64,000 nt of DNA. Origin: the human T2T-CHM13v2.0 reference genome, Homo sapiens. The number at the start of each line of letters is the position of its first letter. The stretch's first letter is position 1. This document shows, piece after piece, positions 1-15,753 of this stretch. The notes under the pieces are model-generated. The model worked only from the letters and a program-made list of their open reading frames with translations. It was not told the DNA's origin and did no database searches. Location: assembly GCF_009914755.1 (NCBI RefSeq), contig NC_060934.1, one strand, 5' to 3'. The translations under genes were made by a program, and so were the position numbers.

Positions 1-459
1 AGGCAGACTGCAAACCCATCCAGCTTTGCAAGGACTGAGCTTCATCGCTCACAGAAAAGTCAAGTTCAAGTCACAACTCAAAATTAAACCCTGACTAATG
101 TAAAAAACCTGTGTTTAGAAACATTTTACACAAAAGTTACATTTTGGAATAATAGAAAATTTAAAGCTATTAAAAAGCAATAAAATAAGATGAATTCTGC
201 AATAAGATTGCCACGTTCCACTCTTGAATTAAAGCAAACAAGCAAATATTTCCTTCCTAAAACTTCCTGCCTTTATTCTGCTGGCTTCCACTCTGTGAGG
301 GCCAACTGTGGGTCAAGCCCTGTTCTTTGTCCCATGCCAAAAAGACAGCTGGGAGCCACGGTGGAAGGCAGACAATGCCCTGGATTTAGGTACTAGTCTC
401 CTCCAGGTTGTGTTTAAAAAGCTGGGTTTTTTTGGGGTTTTTTTGTTTGTTTGTTTTTT

Positions 460-798
<339 letters not shown>

Positions 799-1189
799 CT
801 AAATATTTCCCAGGAGGGCAAGACAGTTCCCAAAATGTCTAACGAACTTCCACGTAGAGAAAACGGTTACTGATTGTCCCAAAGCAAAACTGTAGCAAAG
901 CCTTTCCCTGAATTTTTCTCTCTTCCTTCCATCTTCTTTTATTTCTTTGCTCAGTCAAAGGCCGCATATGTTTCAAAGGATACTTGATATAGGAGGGTAG
1001 AACAGTACTTTCAGCATGCAGATTTTTTTTCTATGTTAAGTGAAAATAATGATTTCATGAAATGTGCCTTCCCATCATTATAAAACAATTTTGAGAGAAA
1101 TCCATCCTCCTTGGCAATTCCAAAGCCTGTTGTTTGCTTTGCAAGCACTATATAAGTCTGGAGAGGGGCCTGAAATTAATATAGCTCAG

Positions 1190-1390
1190 TACCATAAAGG
1201 CAGTGTATAGAACTGTAGTCAGGACTTAAGATTTGAGTCTTTTGCTTCCTTCACTTTGACATATTACTTGAGAGGCCTGTACCTCAGTTTCCTAATTTGT
1301 AAAATTGGGATAACAATAGTTATTATTTTATAGTGCCATTTTGAAAAATAGTGAAGCTTCTGACAGAAGACCTCAATAAATGTTACATAT
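1190..1390 (+). mobile_element. MIR SINE fragment
   Basis: MIR core-like CCTCAGTTTCCTAATTTGTAAAATTGGGATAACAATAG and ...CTCAATAAATGTT; boundaries approximate. Confidence 0.7.
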
Positions 1391-2489
1391 TTTAACCATC
1401 AGCATTAATAAACGAAAACAATTTTCCCTATTTTTGGTCAGAATTTAGGAAAAATAAGTTCCTTTTAAATTATGTGTAGACAATTAAATTAATCTTTTAA
1501 GTAAAAAAGTCTTATTCTCATTTTTGATGTACAGAATTTTAGCATCATCTAACTAATCCTAAAAGACTTTGTATAATGAAATGAAAAATTAATTTATTTG
1601 ATGTCATTACTTTTTAAAATAACCAAATGTCATATATTTATCATTTTAAAGAATTAATATGCAGCTGGGTTAACTCGGCTATGTAATATATTTTTTTTTC
1701 AGGATATACCTTTCAGATTATTCAAAGAAATAGCTAAAAATGAGCTATCAGATTCAAAGAAGCTTTTTAACATAGCCAACTGTAGGTCAGTTTTAGTGTT
1801 AAAAATTTAATAGATCATACACCTAATTTACGGCGAGGGGGAAGCAGTGGCTACATTTAACCAAAATAAGATGTTCTTCTACAAACATTAACATAAGAAT
1901 AAAAACCACAAGTTTTGGGGTGATCACTGATAGGCAAACCATATTTAGAACTTAGCAGGGTTCTAAATCTGTAAGAAGAAAATAAATATGGAAAAAAACA
2001 ACATGAATCAGTGTGCTCTCACATCTCCATATCTCTGTGTTACCCAACATAGAACTATAGCTTATTTAAGACATGTTTAGTAGCTTTTCCCATACTTTCC
2101 TGAATTCATTCCCTGTTTCAAATTCAACTAAATGGGAGAATTAGAAGAGAAATTTTTTGTATTTGGATATCATGGCCTATCTTACATTTGATATATGCTA
2201 TTGCAATTTTCTTAAAATATAAGTTCATAGCGCAAAAAGAAATATTAAGTATAACATAGAACCTGGTACCACTATAAGCAGGTGATTATTAACACTCCAT
2301 TAGGAACGTTGATGGTTCTGCTAATGAAACAATGGTTATAGCAAAAAATAGACTATTTTTCTGGAAACGTGAGATTTTTCTTATGTGTACAAGCACATAC
2401 ACGCATACATTAGCCTTGACATAAACCATGACCTTCTATTTGTTAACAATTAAAACATTGTCTTATATAAGCCCAGGTCATCTGCTAGT

Positions 2490-2645
2490 GGATAGATATA
2501 GATATAGGTATAGATAGATATAGATATGGATATAGACATATATATATATAGATAGATAGATAGATATATGTAGATATACATATATCTACATATGTGTATA
2601 TACATATATACACACATGCATATATATATACACATAGCATGCATA
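2490..2645. repeat. Compound (TAGA)n/(TA)n/(CA)n microsatellite
   Basis: Run of GATAGATA, TATATA and CACACA units. Confidence 0.9.
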
Positions 2646-3925
2646 TGAATTACAATTAATTAATCAATAATGGTCCCATCTGGTTAACTGCATTGGAAAA
2701 TGACATCTTTCCCTCAGCAATACAAGATTTCAACCACTACTTGCATCTGCACCCTCTATACCTTTAAGCAGTATGCAAATGATACAACCATATGAGGCGG
2801 GACTATGTAAAACAGTCCATTAAAATAATTTTCCCAGATCAAATAAAAACTGACACATTTTCTAACATTTATTAAGAATTTTTAAAAATGAACGTTCTAA
2901 AAATGAAGTCTTAAGAAAATTCTGAGGTGTGAAACATAAAGATAAGAGTGCCAGTGAGAAAAATAATCTGTTTAGTAGATTTAAATTATCATTATATTTC
3001 ACCAAATCCTGTTAAGAAAGAATATACCCCCTCGAAAGGTTCAATTCTACAACAATGAGTAGTTAATAGGTTCTTAGAAGGGAGGAAGTCATTGTACTAC
3101 TGAATAGTAATAAAATCTATGATTCAGTGTGTTTCAAACATTTAGGAATGCTTTTTGATGAATGGGTTTTTTAACAGCTACTGAATTGGATTTGTCCTCT
3201 TTATATAAAAGTCTAAGTCTATACTAAAAGAAAAGAAATTTATACTCTGAGCATGAAGTTACCACTTGGAAGTAGTTCTTTGCCCCATGACTGCTGAGCC
3301 TGAAAAACCCAATCTGTTTCTAGAAAAAACTTGCCAACAAAATCCACAGAATTTATTAGATAGAATTACTCAAGAGCAAAATACCATCTCTACCATCATC
3401 AAATAAGAGTATGTTGCTGGCTGTGGATTTTGGTATAGTTTTAATTTTTAAAAACAGTTTCCAAAACAATACCAAGAGGCAGTTTGATTCTACAGTATGG
3501 CAAGTAAGGAATATCAGACACTATTTTAGAGTATATATCTAAATAAATATTATATATATATATAAAACACATCGAAAAAAGATATACATACATATTAGTT
3601 TGACATTAAGGGAAAGAAATTAAAAAAAAGAGACAAGATGAATTTAAACTAGAGAAAATACAATTTTAGAACCACATTTAGGAAAGACAAAATGAAGAAA
3701 CTGGATATGAAGAAAGTTCATATCTAAAAAAACGTGGTTAGAAGCGATTGGATTCAGGAGTTTCTGCAAACAAAAAGGTTGTCTCCTCAGTGCCTAAAAC
3801 AGCACCTAACAGAGAAAAGACACTCAATACATATTCATTAAAAGAAGAATAAATAAGTGGCTATGAAACTGGGTATACAGCACCATATTGAGTCTTAAAG
3901 TTACATTTTTAATAGGTTAAATTTA

Positions 3926-4246
<321 letters not shown>

Positions 4247-4399
4247 TTATATGTAAATATATATATTTACTTTATGAGCTATTTCTTTTAAAATAACATC
4301 CATTGCTTTATTTTCTGACTGCAAAAGCAAATATACTCATTGCAGAATATTTTTAAAAATCAAATATTAATAAGAAAATGTAACATAATATTAATAGAC

Positions 4400-4980
4400 A
4401 GATAAAACCACCAGCAAACATTCATACATCTATGCACAGGCATTTATATTTACAAATGTGAAATGATACTGTATATCAATTTTATGTCTTATTTTTATAA
4501 CTTATCATTACATTGTGAACATTTCCATGTCATTAAAACTTCTTCAAAATCATGAGTTTTAATGGCCTCATATCGTTCCATAAAATGAATGTGCAATAAT
4601 TGAATTATTATGCTATTGATGCACATTTGAATAATGTATAATATCAAAAAGTTGGGGAGAAAATTTTAAGCAGCTTTATCCATAAAACTTTAATTGTATC
4701 TTGGATTATTTCCTCGGGATACATTTTTATATGCCAAATTGCTGCATCAAAAGGACAGATTTAGCATTTTTGATCCATAACACCACACTGTTTTCATGAT
4801 AATTTGTATTATAACTGCTCCCAGTAGTTATGAAAATTTTTATTCCATGATACTTCAAACTAGAAATTTTAAGATCTCTTTTACAATTTGATAGGTCAAA
4901 GCTGATATACTTCAAACTTGATTGCTGGTGAGATTGAATTTTTTGTTTGTTTATTAACTATTTGTATTTCTTTTGTGTGA
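4400..4980 (-). mobile_element. Old L1 (L1ME-like) 3' fragment
   Basis: Degenerate antisense L1 3' region motifs such as GGATTATTTCCT..., TATGCCAAATTGCT and CTATTTGTATTTCTTTTGTG. Confidence 0.6.
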
Positions 4981-6349
4981 GCTGCCTCACATTTGAGGAG
5001 AAAAGCTGCCTCTCACAACATTCATAAGGCTTCCTGACCCTAGAGACCCTCTATATTTCCACAACATGGAGAGTATCTGTAACTCCTATCAGAAACATCT
5101 TAGTGAAACAGCATGAAAGTTTATGAACCTCAGGATTACTACATGAACATGAGAGTAACAGTACTGACCTACCTCAGAGATTTCTCCCACATCATTATTA
5201 CAAAGTACTATAAGGCTAGAATTGACTTGGAGTCAAGGCGAGTTCCATAGGTTTAATGCGTGGCACCTATCTCAACAACTGCAAAATCACTGTAACTTGT
5301 AAAAAATCCCAGGGCCACTCATGGACAGCCACATCTTTAAACCCACACAAAAATACAGACACTTTGATTACATGAAAGTTAGAAGCTCTAAACTAGAGCA
5401 AGGTCAGTTGTGGTAAGAAGGTATTAGATTCAAGCATCCACAAAAGTTTATAGTCTGTCAGTCATAAGGATGGCTATTGGGATTTCTTTACAGTTACTCT
5501 GTTGTATTTTCACTTTGGTTTTACAGCACTATCTCTTAGGAAGTCATCCATATATTACCTGCATACACAGTCAGCTTCTTCTCGATATACAGCAGATATG
5601 TAACAATTATTCTTTCCTTCCCAGACAGTCATGGTAATATTACATTTGAGTTCAGTGAGGTAACTGGTAGCCAGAAATACTCCACAAAAGGTCTATATTC
5701 TTGGGTGGGGGGGGGATACAATTCTTCTATTAGGGAAATTTTTATCACCTACTTATTTTTACATAAATTCTAATAATGCCAAGAAAATACATTTCAAAGA
5801 GGAAGGTATAGAAATTTAGAGATGACTGTGACCTCAAATATCCATGAAATATAACCAGAAAATCTGCATCTACATAATGACACTATTTTCACATAGCCCC
5901 AAAATGATATCTTAGAAAGCCAAAAATCTTTCCTTATCTCCAGGCAGAACTATTTCAAAAGATAACAAATGATTGCCCAAGTGATATTTGAATTATACCA
6001 AAAAAGAGACAGTATATACATGGTAACACCATCCTCTGTGTATTATTTCCTCTTGGTAGTCCTTCTGTTTTTCAAGATAATACAGATCTCAAGAATTCTC
6101 AATGTTCAAGCAAGAAAATTCCCTCAACCAAGTGAAATAGAAAGAAGTTATCTATTAATTGTGCCAGGATTTCAGTTGTTTTCTTTCCTTTCTTCTTTTC
6201 ATGCAAGTTTATTTGCCTTTCTATGAGTATTTGCATTATTTGCTCTTTTTCCCCTTTGAATCATCTTAAAGGAAAAAAAATGAAAATGTATCTATTTGGA
6301 CTTTAATTACACTGGGCAGCAATGAGGCAGGATAGTGAAGTTAAAAAAA

Positions 6350-6665
<316 letters not shown>

Positions 6666-7537
6666 TTAGAATAAGCATAAGACTGTGCTTAAATCCCAAT
6701 TGTACTCTTTATAATTTGTATGGCTTTGTGCCAGTTTTCATCTTCTTTAAGCCTATAAAACCAGGAGTGTAATTCACTCCTTTACTATGAGGATTACTTT
6801 ATGTAATGCACCTAGTAGAGTGCCCACTTAGAGTAAACACTCAATAAATGACAAATGTCATCATTATAACTGTGTTGGTAAGAACAGGTAAGGGTATAAA
6901 CCACTCCCACCTCACTGAATTTGCAGGCAATTCCTGGCAATAGTGCCCAACAAAGAGAAAATATACCATAAACATAATTTATTTTAATTACAAGAGACCC
7001 TGTCATCTCTACTATTATTATAAATTAACAATAGGTTCTTCTCTTTAATATTTCTCATTTCTGAGCCAAAATCATTTTTTTTCAACAAGGTCAGAGCATA
7101 TTCTTTTTTTTTTAAACATGCTAATGTACTTCAGTATATTCCATTCTGTAATATTTGTTTCAGGAAATGAAAATTAAATTTTCTTTAATTAACCCCCATG
7201 ACTCTTGAAAATTTTCCTCATTGTCCTTGAATCTATGGTCTTTAACAGTCTTTATAATATCTTGAACTCTACACTCCACTGAGCTTTTAAGCTTTGTTTA
7301 GTGTTGCCATAGCACACCTACTCCTTATGATAGAATATCGCCTTCTCAAATTAACAACATATAGTCAATTTATTGTGGTTTTCCAGTTTCACTGGAATGA
7401 ACAAAGATTTCTTTCTCTCACAGGCTAAAGTTTTCTCCCTCCTTCATTATTCGGCTTCAGAGTTCAACTCCTTTACCCACATGACATAATCAGCTCAAAA
7501 TTTATTATACTATATATAGCATCAAAGAATACATTTT

Positions 7538-7656
7538 TTTAGAGATGAAATGAGGTCTATGTTGCCCAGGCTTGCCTCAAACTACTGGGCTCAAGCAGTC
7601 CTCCTGCCTCAGCCTCCTGAGTAGCTGGACCTAAGGCACGCACCACTGTGCCTTGC
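7538..7656 (-). mobile_element. Monomeric Alu (FLAM/FAM-like)
   Basis: Single antisense monomer flanked by the TSD AGAATACATTTT (7526-7537 and 7657-7668). Confidence 0.85.
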
Positions 7657-7903
7657 AGAATACATTTTATTAACGTAAAAATCATTATTTTCCTCTTACT
7701 TCTGCATAAATGGTATTTTTGGTCCATTTGCTCTCGGAGAATAGTTAACTTTGTCATTAACAGGCCCATCCAGATTGTTTTATTACTTCAGTTGATAAAA
7801 ATTTATTTCATAAAGTGCTTTTTCTAAGTAAGACATGAACATAAGCAAACCCATAATATTAAAAGCTTTATATAGATACAATTTAAAGGTTCTGTCAAAT
7901 AGA

Positions 7904-8121
7904 TTTTTTTTTTTTTTTTTTTTTTTTATGAAATGGAGTCTGGCTCTGTCACCCAGGCTGGAGTGCAATGGTGCAATCTCGGCTCACTGCAACCTCCACC
8001 TCCTGGGTTCAAGTGATTCTTGTGCCTCAGCCTTCTGAGTAGCTGGAATTACAGGCGCCTGCCACCACGCCTGGCTAATTGTCTGTATTTTTAGTAGAGA
8101 TGGGGTTTCACCATGTTGACA
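7904..8121 (-). mobile_element. 5'-truncated AluS
   Basis: Poly-T, right arm and linker; similarity stops after GGGGTTTCACCATGTTGAC. Confidence 0.9.
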
Positions 8122-8288
8122 AGTTTCATAGATTAAAAAGTAGGATAAATAAATACAGTAGAGAGAAATAACATTTCAGAAATGTCAGTATTAAAAACTA
8201 AGTCAACCACAAGCAGTTTTACATCATGTTTACAAAATATGCTATAATAGTAATACACTTGAGGAGGGTTAAAAATGGTTCTTTTTTT

Positions 8289-8321
8289 ATTGCTTCTCAG
8301 CCTTTTGGCTAAGATCAAATG
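8289..8321 (+). pseudogene. U2 snRNA 5' fragment (nt 1-33), tailless retropseudogene
   Basis: ATTGCTTCTCAGCCTTTTGGCTAAGATCAAATG versus U2 ATCGCTTCTCGGCCTTTTGGCTAAGATCAAGTG (30/33 match); flanking direct repeats at 8274-8288 and 8322-8336. Confidence 0.9.
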
Positions 8322-8819
8322 AACAGTTCTTTTTCTAATTGTTCAAATTGATTTCATAGTCTTGTAATCTACATATTTATGAAAAATAATTTTAAATCTC
8401 TTATAAATATCAAAAATGTCAGTTTCCAATTGAAATAAAACAGTATTGAGTAAAGACTATAATGTATGAGTTTTGAAAAAGAAAATTGACAATTAGAAGA
8501 AAATTTCATAATATTCATTGTACTAGGACTTTCCACATTTTTGATATGACGCTAACATCAATATTACAATGAATTCTCAATAATTTGTATTAACAAATGA
8601 CAAGAACAATCTGAACTAAATTGAACAATAAAGTATCTGTAAGCTTAGAAGCATTAATTTCATAGTAACTAAACTTTTGGTAACCAAGCAATTCTATATA
8701 GAAGACTTTTAAGTATGCCCTTCTAAGTTTGTTTTAGTAACATTCTCATTTATAATTAGCAATATATAATTTATTTTTTAAAGTGCTAAATTAAATACAC
8801 TCTCAAATAATTTTGTTAG

Positions 8820-10095
<1,276 letters not shown>

Positions 10096-10619
10096 AATAC
10101 ATTTTTTTTAAGGAGAAAAAAGTATTCCAGTCCAGGTCAGCACAAGCTCTGAGTCAAGAATAGGTCTAAAATCCACAGATGCAATTCTGAAACAATAGGC
10201 CTGGAATCAAAGGTAGCTCTTGATGAAGAGGAGATGAGTAATCTGGTATTTTAGACTCCATTAAGACTCGCCATTTTGTAGCTGACCAAAAGGGTCATTC
10301 TTTAGTCCCATTTAAAATCGGCATTTCATCATTTCAAAAAGCCTGCTTCAATCTAAGCAAATTATCATGTGATTCTGCAATTGATAGCTAGCTCAATAAC
10401 TGATTTATTTGATAAGAGGGAACACTTAGAAAATATACAGCTCTCATATTTTCTAATAAAGGTATTCACATATAATTAATAGTAATAAGTACTATCTGTG
10501 AGTAGTATGCACAACATGCATGCTGCTGTCTTTTGCAAAGTATTAAAGCAGATGCCTAAGCATTGTAGGTAAGGATGTACTTGACTTAGTTATGATTTGA
10601 TTAAATGTTCCCTGTTCAG

Positions 10620-10802
10620 ATTGGCTTCTGAATCATCAGCTACTGGTGTAAGTAAAAATAAGTTGGAAAGGTTTCCCTTTCCTGAGGATTTCAGGAAAAG
10701 CTTCGCAACTATTTGGCTGGATATTGCAAATCAGATCAAGAATTGGGAAGCGGTCTGTCTTTGACTTATCTTGCACTATCCAATTCTATGAGTCTATGAT
10801 TG
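10620..10802 (+). mobile_element. Ancient CR1/L3-MIR3-like 3' end
   Basis: Ends ...CCAATTCTATGAGTCTATGATT, resembling the L3/MIR3 terminus. Confidence 0.4.
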
Positions 10803-11259
10803 TCATGTACAGAGCACTTGGCTTAGTGGTTTGTGTATAACTTTTCAGGATTAGTGGTGGCATTGAGCTGGTTCATCCACAAGTTTATCTGGTTCTCCAT
10901 CAAGCTAAGTTCGTCCTATCTGCAGAGCAGACACAGTATTTCTGCTCTTTATTCTTGGCTGTTTCCTCTATTTAGCACTCCTTTCTGTCTGTTTTTCTAA
11001 GTTAACACATGATATTTTGGTATTTTAAACTCCATTAAGACTTGTCATTTTCTATCTGACCAAAAATCTTGGTCTTCTTCAATCAGTATATCAATACCTC
11101 CTTATAGGAAAATATATAAAAGTCATTTATTCTAAAGCATAAATTATAGACCAATAACTGCTTAACATGCTACTGCAGTTAAAAACCAGAGTTGATTCTT
11201 TTCTACCAACTGCCCTCTTTAATTTCCCTGTATAAAAGGCCCAATAATAGGTCAGTTAG

Positions 11260-11960
11260 TCCACAAAATTTTGTTGAATACTTACTGTTAGGTGCTAGTA
11301 GATTTGTATTAATGAAACAAACATTGTTCCTGCCTTTGTAAAACATATGTTCTTGTGAGAAGGACTTTAAAAATAATTTAAAGTAACTCATGAAATAATT
11401 ATAAGTATTTCTAATAGTGCAGGTGAGAAACAGTGTTGGAGAACATAGAAATGGAATGGCAGCACTAATATAGGGAATCAGGGACGATACCCCTGTAAAA
11501 GGGATATTTCAGCTGAGACCTGAAATTAAGGAACTGGTAAGGCAGAAAAAGTAGAGAAGAACATTTCAGACAAAGAAAAACATGTCAAACATCCTCTCGA
11601 CTCTGGAACCCACATGACCTTTCCATTTTTCTCACCACCACTTCTATTCTTGCCTTCATCTCTTTTTCTATAGATTACTCCAATAGCCTCATTACTAGCC
11701 TACCCTACAAAGTGTTGAAAGATGTCTTCATATAATATAACTGTAATGACATCATCTCTTCCTAAAAATCTACAGTGACTTCCCTAAAGAAAAATGGTCA
11801 TATTCCCAAGTTTGGCATTTTTGGCCCTTTTCAATACTAATCAAACTTACTTTTCCAATCTTATTTTCATGACTTTTCTGCCACACTGATCTATTTACTT
11901 TCTTCGTCAATACAATTTTATTCTCTGAACTTAGTGCTGTTTTCTCATTATTCATTTCAT
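11260..11960. mobile_element. L2 fragments (minus-strand piece, then plus-strand piece)
   Basis: TTTGTTGAATACTTACTGTTAGGTGCTAG and TTTCAGCTGAGACCTGAA, followed by GATTACTCCAATAGCCTC. Confidence 0.6.
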
Positions 11961-12357
11961 CTAGAGTAAGTCTTTAAATTTCATGTAAATGATTATTTTA
12001 TTGGTAAAATGTATAACAAGTCACAGGCCTCTTAGGAGATACCCACGTTTTTGTTTTTGCTCTTGTTTTTGTCTAAAGACAGTGATTGCTTTCCAAATAA
12101 CTACTTTGATGTGCTTATCATTTGGTTACTGAAATGAACCAAAATTTAAATTTCTAGTATGGGCGAGTTTATTGGGCCTTTCAGGTGAAAATCAATGTAA
12201 TTTTATATCTACAAATGCTTCCAGGAGAATTAGCCAATGGTTGATAGTTCCATTGTCTAAAATAATGACCTAATATAAATCAATGGGAAAATAGATTAAG
12301 GCTTGAAATGGCAAGATTTGTTTAAAGGACCTATAATGGGTAGAATATATAAAGGTT

Positions 12358-12674
<317 letters not shown>

Positions 12675-13246
12675 TCAGCCTAAGCTTAGCAATAAAACTT
12701 TAGAAACTACAAGAGTGGCCTCTGTTAAGAGCTCACAGAAGGAACAATTTTCTATGCTTCACTGTCACGTGTAAAATAGAAAGCCAGAGGTACTTCAGCA
12801 TTCCTATCTAAAGAGCTTCCAAATGTGCTCTAAATTTGTAGATGTAAGCTGGGCCTTGTATGTTTTAAAGGTTAAATAAATCTTCAGATAGCTATCTACT
12901 ATTGTTAGATAAAGGAGTCAACTTTTTGCCATAGCAAAGTAAAGGAAACAGGATTCTCTTTTCTGAGTTGGGTGGATAGTTTTTGTCCATAATTCTGTAC
13001 TTCCAATTGTCACTAAAGATATGTCATGCTTTATAGCCTCCTATATGTCTGGATCACTTGTGCTTTCATTTGGAAACAATACAAAATAGTTTATAAATGT
13101 AAGTATCCTTGTTTAATACTTATGGAACCAAAACATATTTTAGGAAAAATGACACTTAGTCAAACTTTTATTCCTAAGTGTGGAATAATCAAGGTTGTAT
13201 ATAGAAATCCATACTTTAGTATAACATCATGAGTGAAATAAATTTG

Positions 13247-13282
13247 CACACACATATATATACACACACACACACACACACA
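13247..13282. repeat. (CA)n/(TA)n microsatellite
   Basis: CACACACATATATATACACACACAC... Confidence 0.9.
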
Positions 13283-13319
13283 TGCGATGACGTTCCTGAA
13301 AATATGATCCTAGATAATT

Positions 13320-13716
13320 AAGAGAATGGGGAGTTGCTATTCAATAGGCATAAAATTTCAGTTATGCAAGATGAATAAGTTCTAGAGATCTGCTGCACAA
13401 CATAGTGCCTAGAGTTAACAATATTGTATTGTGGGCCAAGTGCACTGGCTCACACCTGTAATCCCAGCATTTTGGGAGGCCAAGGCAGGTGGATTACTTG
13501 AGGTCAGGAGTTCGAGACCAGCCTGGCCAACATGGCAAAACCCTGTCTCTACTAAAAATACAAAAAACTAGCTGGGCGTGGTGGTGGGCGCCTGTAATCC
13601 CAGCTATTCAGGAGGCTGAGGCAGGAGAATCACTTTAACCTGGGAGGCGGAGGTTGCAGTGAGTCTAGATCACACCACTGCACTCCAGCCTGGATGATAG
13701 AGTGAGACTCCATCTC

Positions 13717-13759
<43 letters not shown>

Positions 13760-13830
13760 TAGTATGGTGTACTTAATATTTTTAAGGGAGTAGATCTTAT
13801 GTTAAGTGTTCTTACCACAGTTTTTAAAAA
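13320..13830 (+). mobile_element. L1MB-like 3' end interrupted by an Alu
   Basis: TTTCAGTTATGCAAGATGAATAAGTTCTAGAGATCTGCTG ... GTAGATCTTATGTTAAGTGTTCTTACCACA. Confidence 0.85.
13434..13743 (+). mobile_element. AluSx/Sz-like SINE with A then (AT)n tail
   Basis: Full Alu body nested inside the L1MB fragment. Confidence 0.95.
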
Positions 13831-14123
13831 GAGAGAAAAAAACAGAGCTGAAAGAAACTATAAATAGCAAATAAAAATTAGCAATTCATAAAGTTCCAGT
13901 GAATAAATACATTTACTAAACCTGTCACATTATTTTATAAAGGATTTTTATTTAATTAAATAAAAAGTAGCATGAAAGCAAGGCCTGACATATGCAACAA
14001 ATGTGGTCCTAAATTATTGCTTAGCCTGAATTATTATTAACTGTATTTTATGTAAATTTCACAAAGCCTATTATTTGAAGGAAGCCATTACTAAATCTTG
14101 ACTAGCGACAAGTCCCTTGTTAA

Positions 14124-14457
<334 letters not shown>

Positions 14458-14699
14458 TAACTATTTCTTAAGTAGGACTTTTAGAATTGGTTCATCCTAA
14501 AGTGAGATAAGCATACATGTATTTGTGAAAATAGTATTCAATTGAGTTTTAATTTGCTCACAGTATTAGAACACACCTATGGAAGTTTTCCTCATTTTTA
14601 TGTATATTTATATTAAAAGAAAGAATGAAAAATTTAGTAATGTAAGAGTTTCTGGCATAAAATTCTGTATCACAGAAGCTGGAAAATTTCGGCCCAGGG

Positions 14700-14940
14700 T
14701 GCAGACTCAGGCACTAACTTGGGGGCTTTGATAATGACTCTGCCATACTTCTGGCCATGCGACCTGGAAGAATTTGTTAACCATTCTATCCCTCAATTGC
14801 CACATCAGTAAAATGGGGAGTATAAACAGAACTTAGAACATAGATGTTTGTGGGGATGAATAGGATTATATAGGTGAGATACAGAGTACTGTTGTGCACA
14901 CATTGAGTGCCCAATAAATGTTAGCTATAATCTACTTTAT
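14700..14940 (+). mobile_element. MIR SINE
   Basis: CTCTGCCATACTTCTGGCCATGCGACCTGG ... CAGTAAAATGGGG ... CAATAAATGTTAGCTA. Confidence 0.7.
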
Positions 14941-15637
14941 CACTATCATAATAGAACTACAGCTTTTTCAAAATTTCCCAAAATTTTATTCTATGGAGAA
15001 AAGGTCCTTTGAAAGAACTGACATTTCCTGGATTTGAAACACTAGACTGAAAAACAAAGTAAAACAAAATAGAAAAAGCCTGTTTTTGTATTTTGTTGTG
15101 TTCTGCTTTGCTTTACTTTCCTCAAGTACCGTTGGAACACCAGGGGGTTCCATCAAGTTTTTATTCTTTTGTGTTCAAAAGAAGAGGAAGGAAAACAAGG
15201 TTATGCATTGGCACTGGAGACACTTTTTTCCCTAAAATGTTTAGAGGCCTAGAATGTACCTAATAACTTGTAAAGCACCAACTGTATTTCCTGGTTACTA
15301 ATCAAATTTGTTTCTATTTCATTTCTGAGCCAGGAAGGCAGACACAAGTTATAGGTAAATGTCAGGTGCTTTAACTGACCTAGGGCAGTCAATAACCAGT
15401 CTTTCCTCCCCTGATGAAGTCAATTACTAATTTAGAGACCACTGTGTTCCTTGTCTCTTCTCCTAAGCCAAGTATACCACAAGTCAACAAAGATAATTCT
15501 TTCAGCAGCCAAACACTAGGGCGAGGAAATGCTTACTGTCTGCTTGCTCTGTTAGCAGCAAACTATATAGGGAAGCCATCTTCTGGCTCACACAGAGAAA
15601 AGAGAACCCTGGCACTGCCACAGCTGTCACTGGCCTT

Positions 15638-15753
15638 TTCTGTTTCCCAAGCAAAAATCAGAATTGAACAGGAACCAAAACTATTGAGACCTTCCTTCTG
15701 TTTCCCAAGCAAAAATCAGAATTGAACGGGAACCGAAACTATTGAGACCTTCC
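15638..15753. repeat. Tandem duplication, 2 x 58 bp
   Basis: TTCTGTTTCCCAAGCAAAAATCAGAATTGAAC(A/G)GGAACC(A/G)AAACTATTGAGACCTTCC occurs twice with 2 mismatches. Confidence 0.95.

Noticed and set aside
11583-11609. Resemblance to miR-30a (TGTCAAACATCCTCTCGACTCTGGAAC)
   Set aside because: Needs three insertions, one of them in the seed; no precursor hairpin; lies at a junction of L2 fragments
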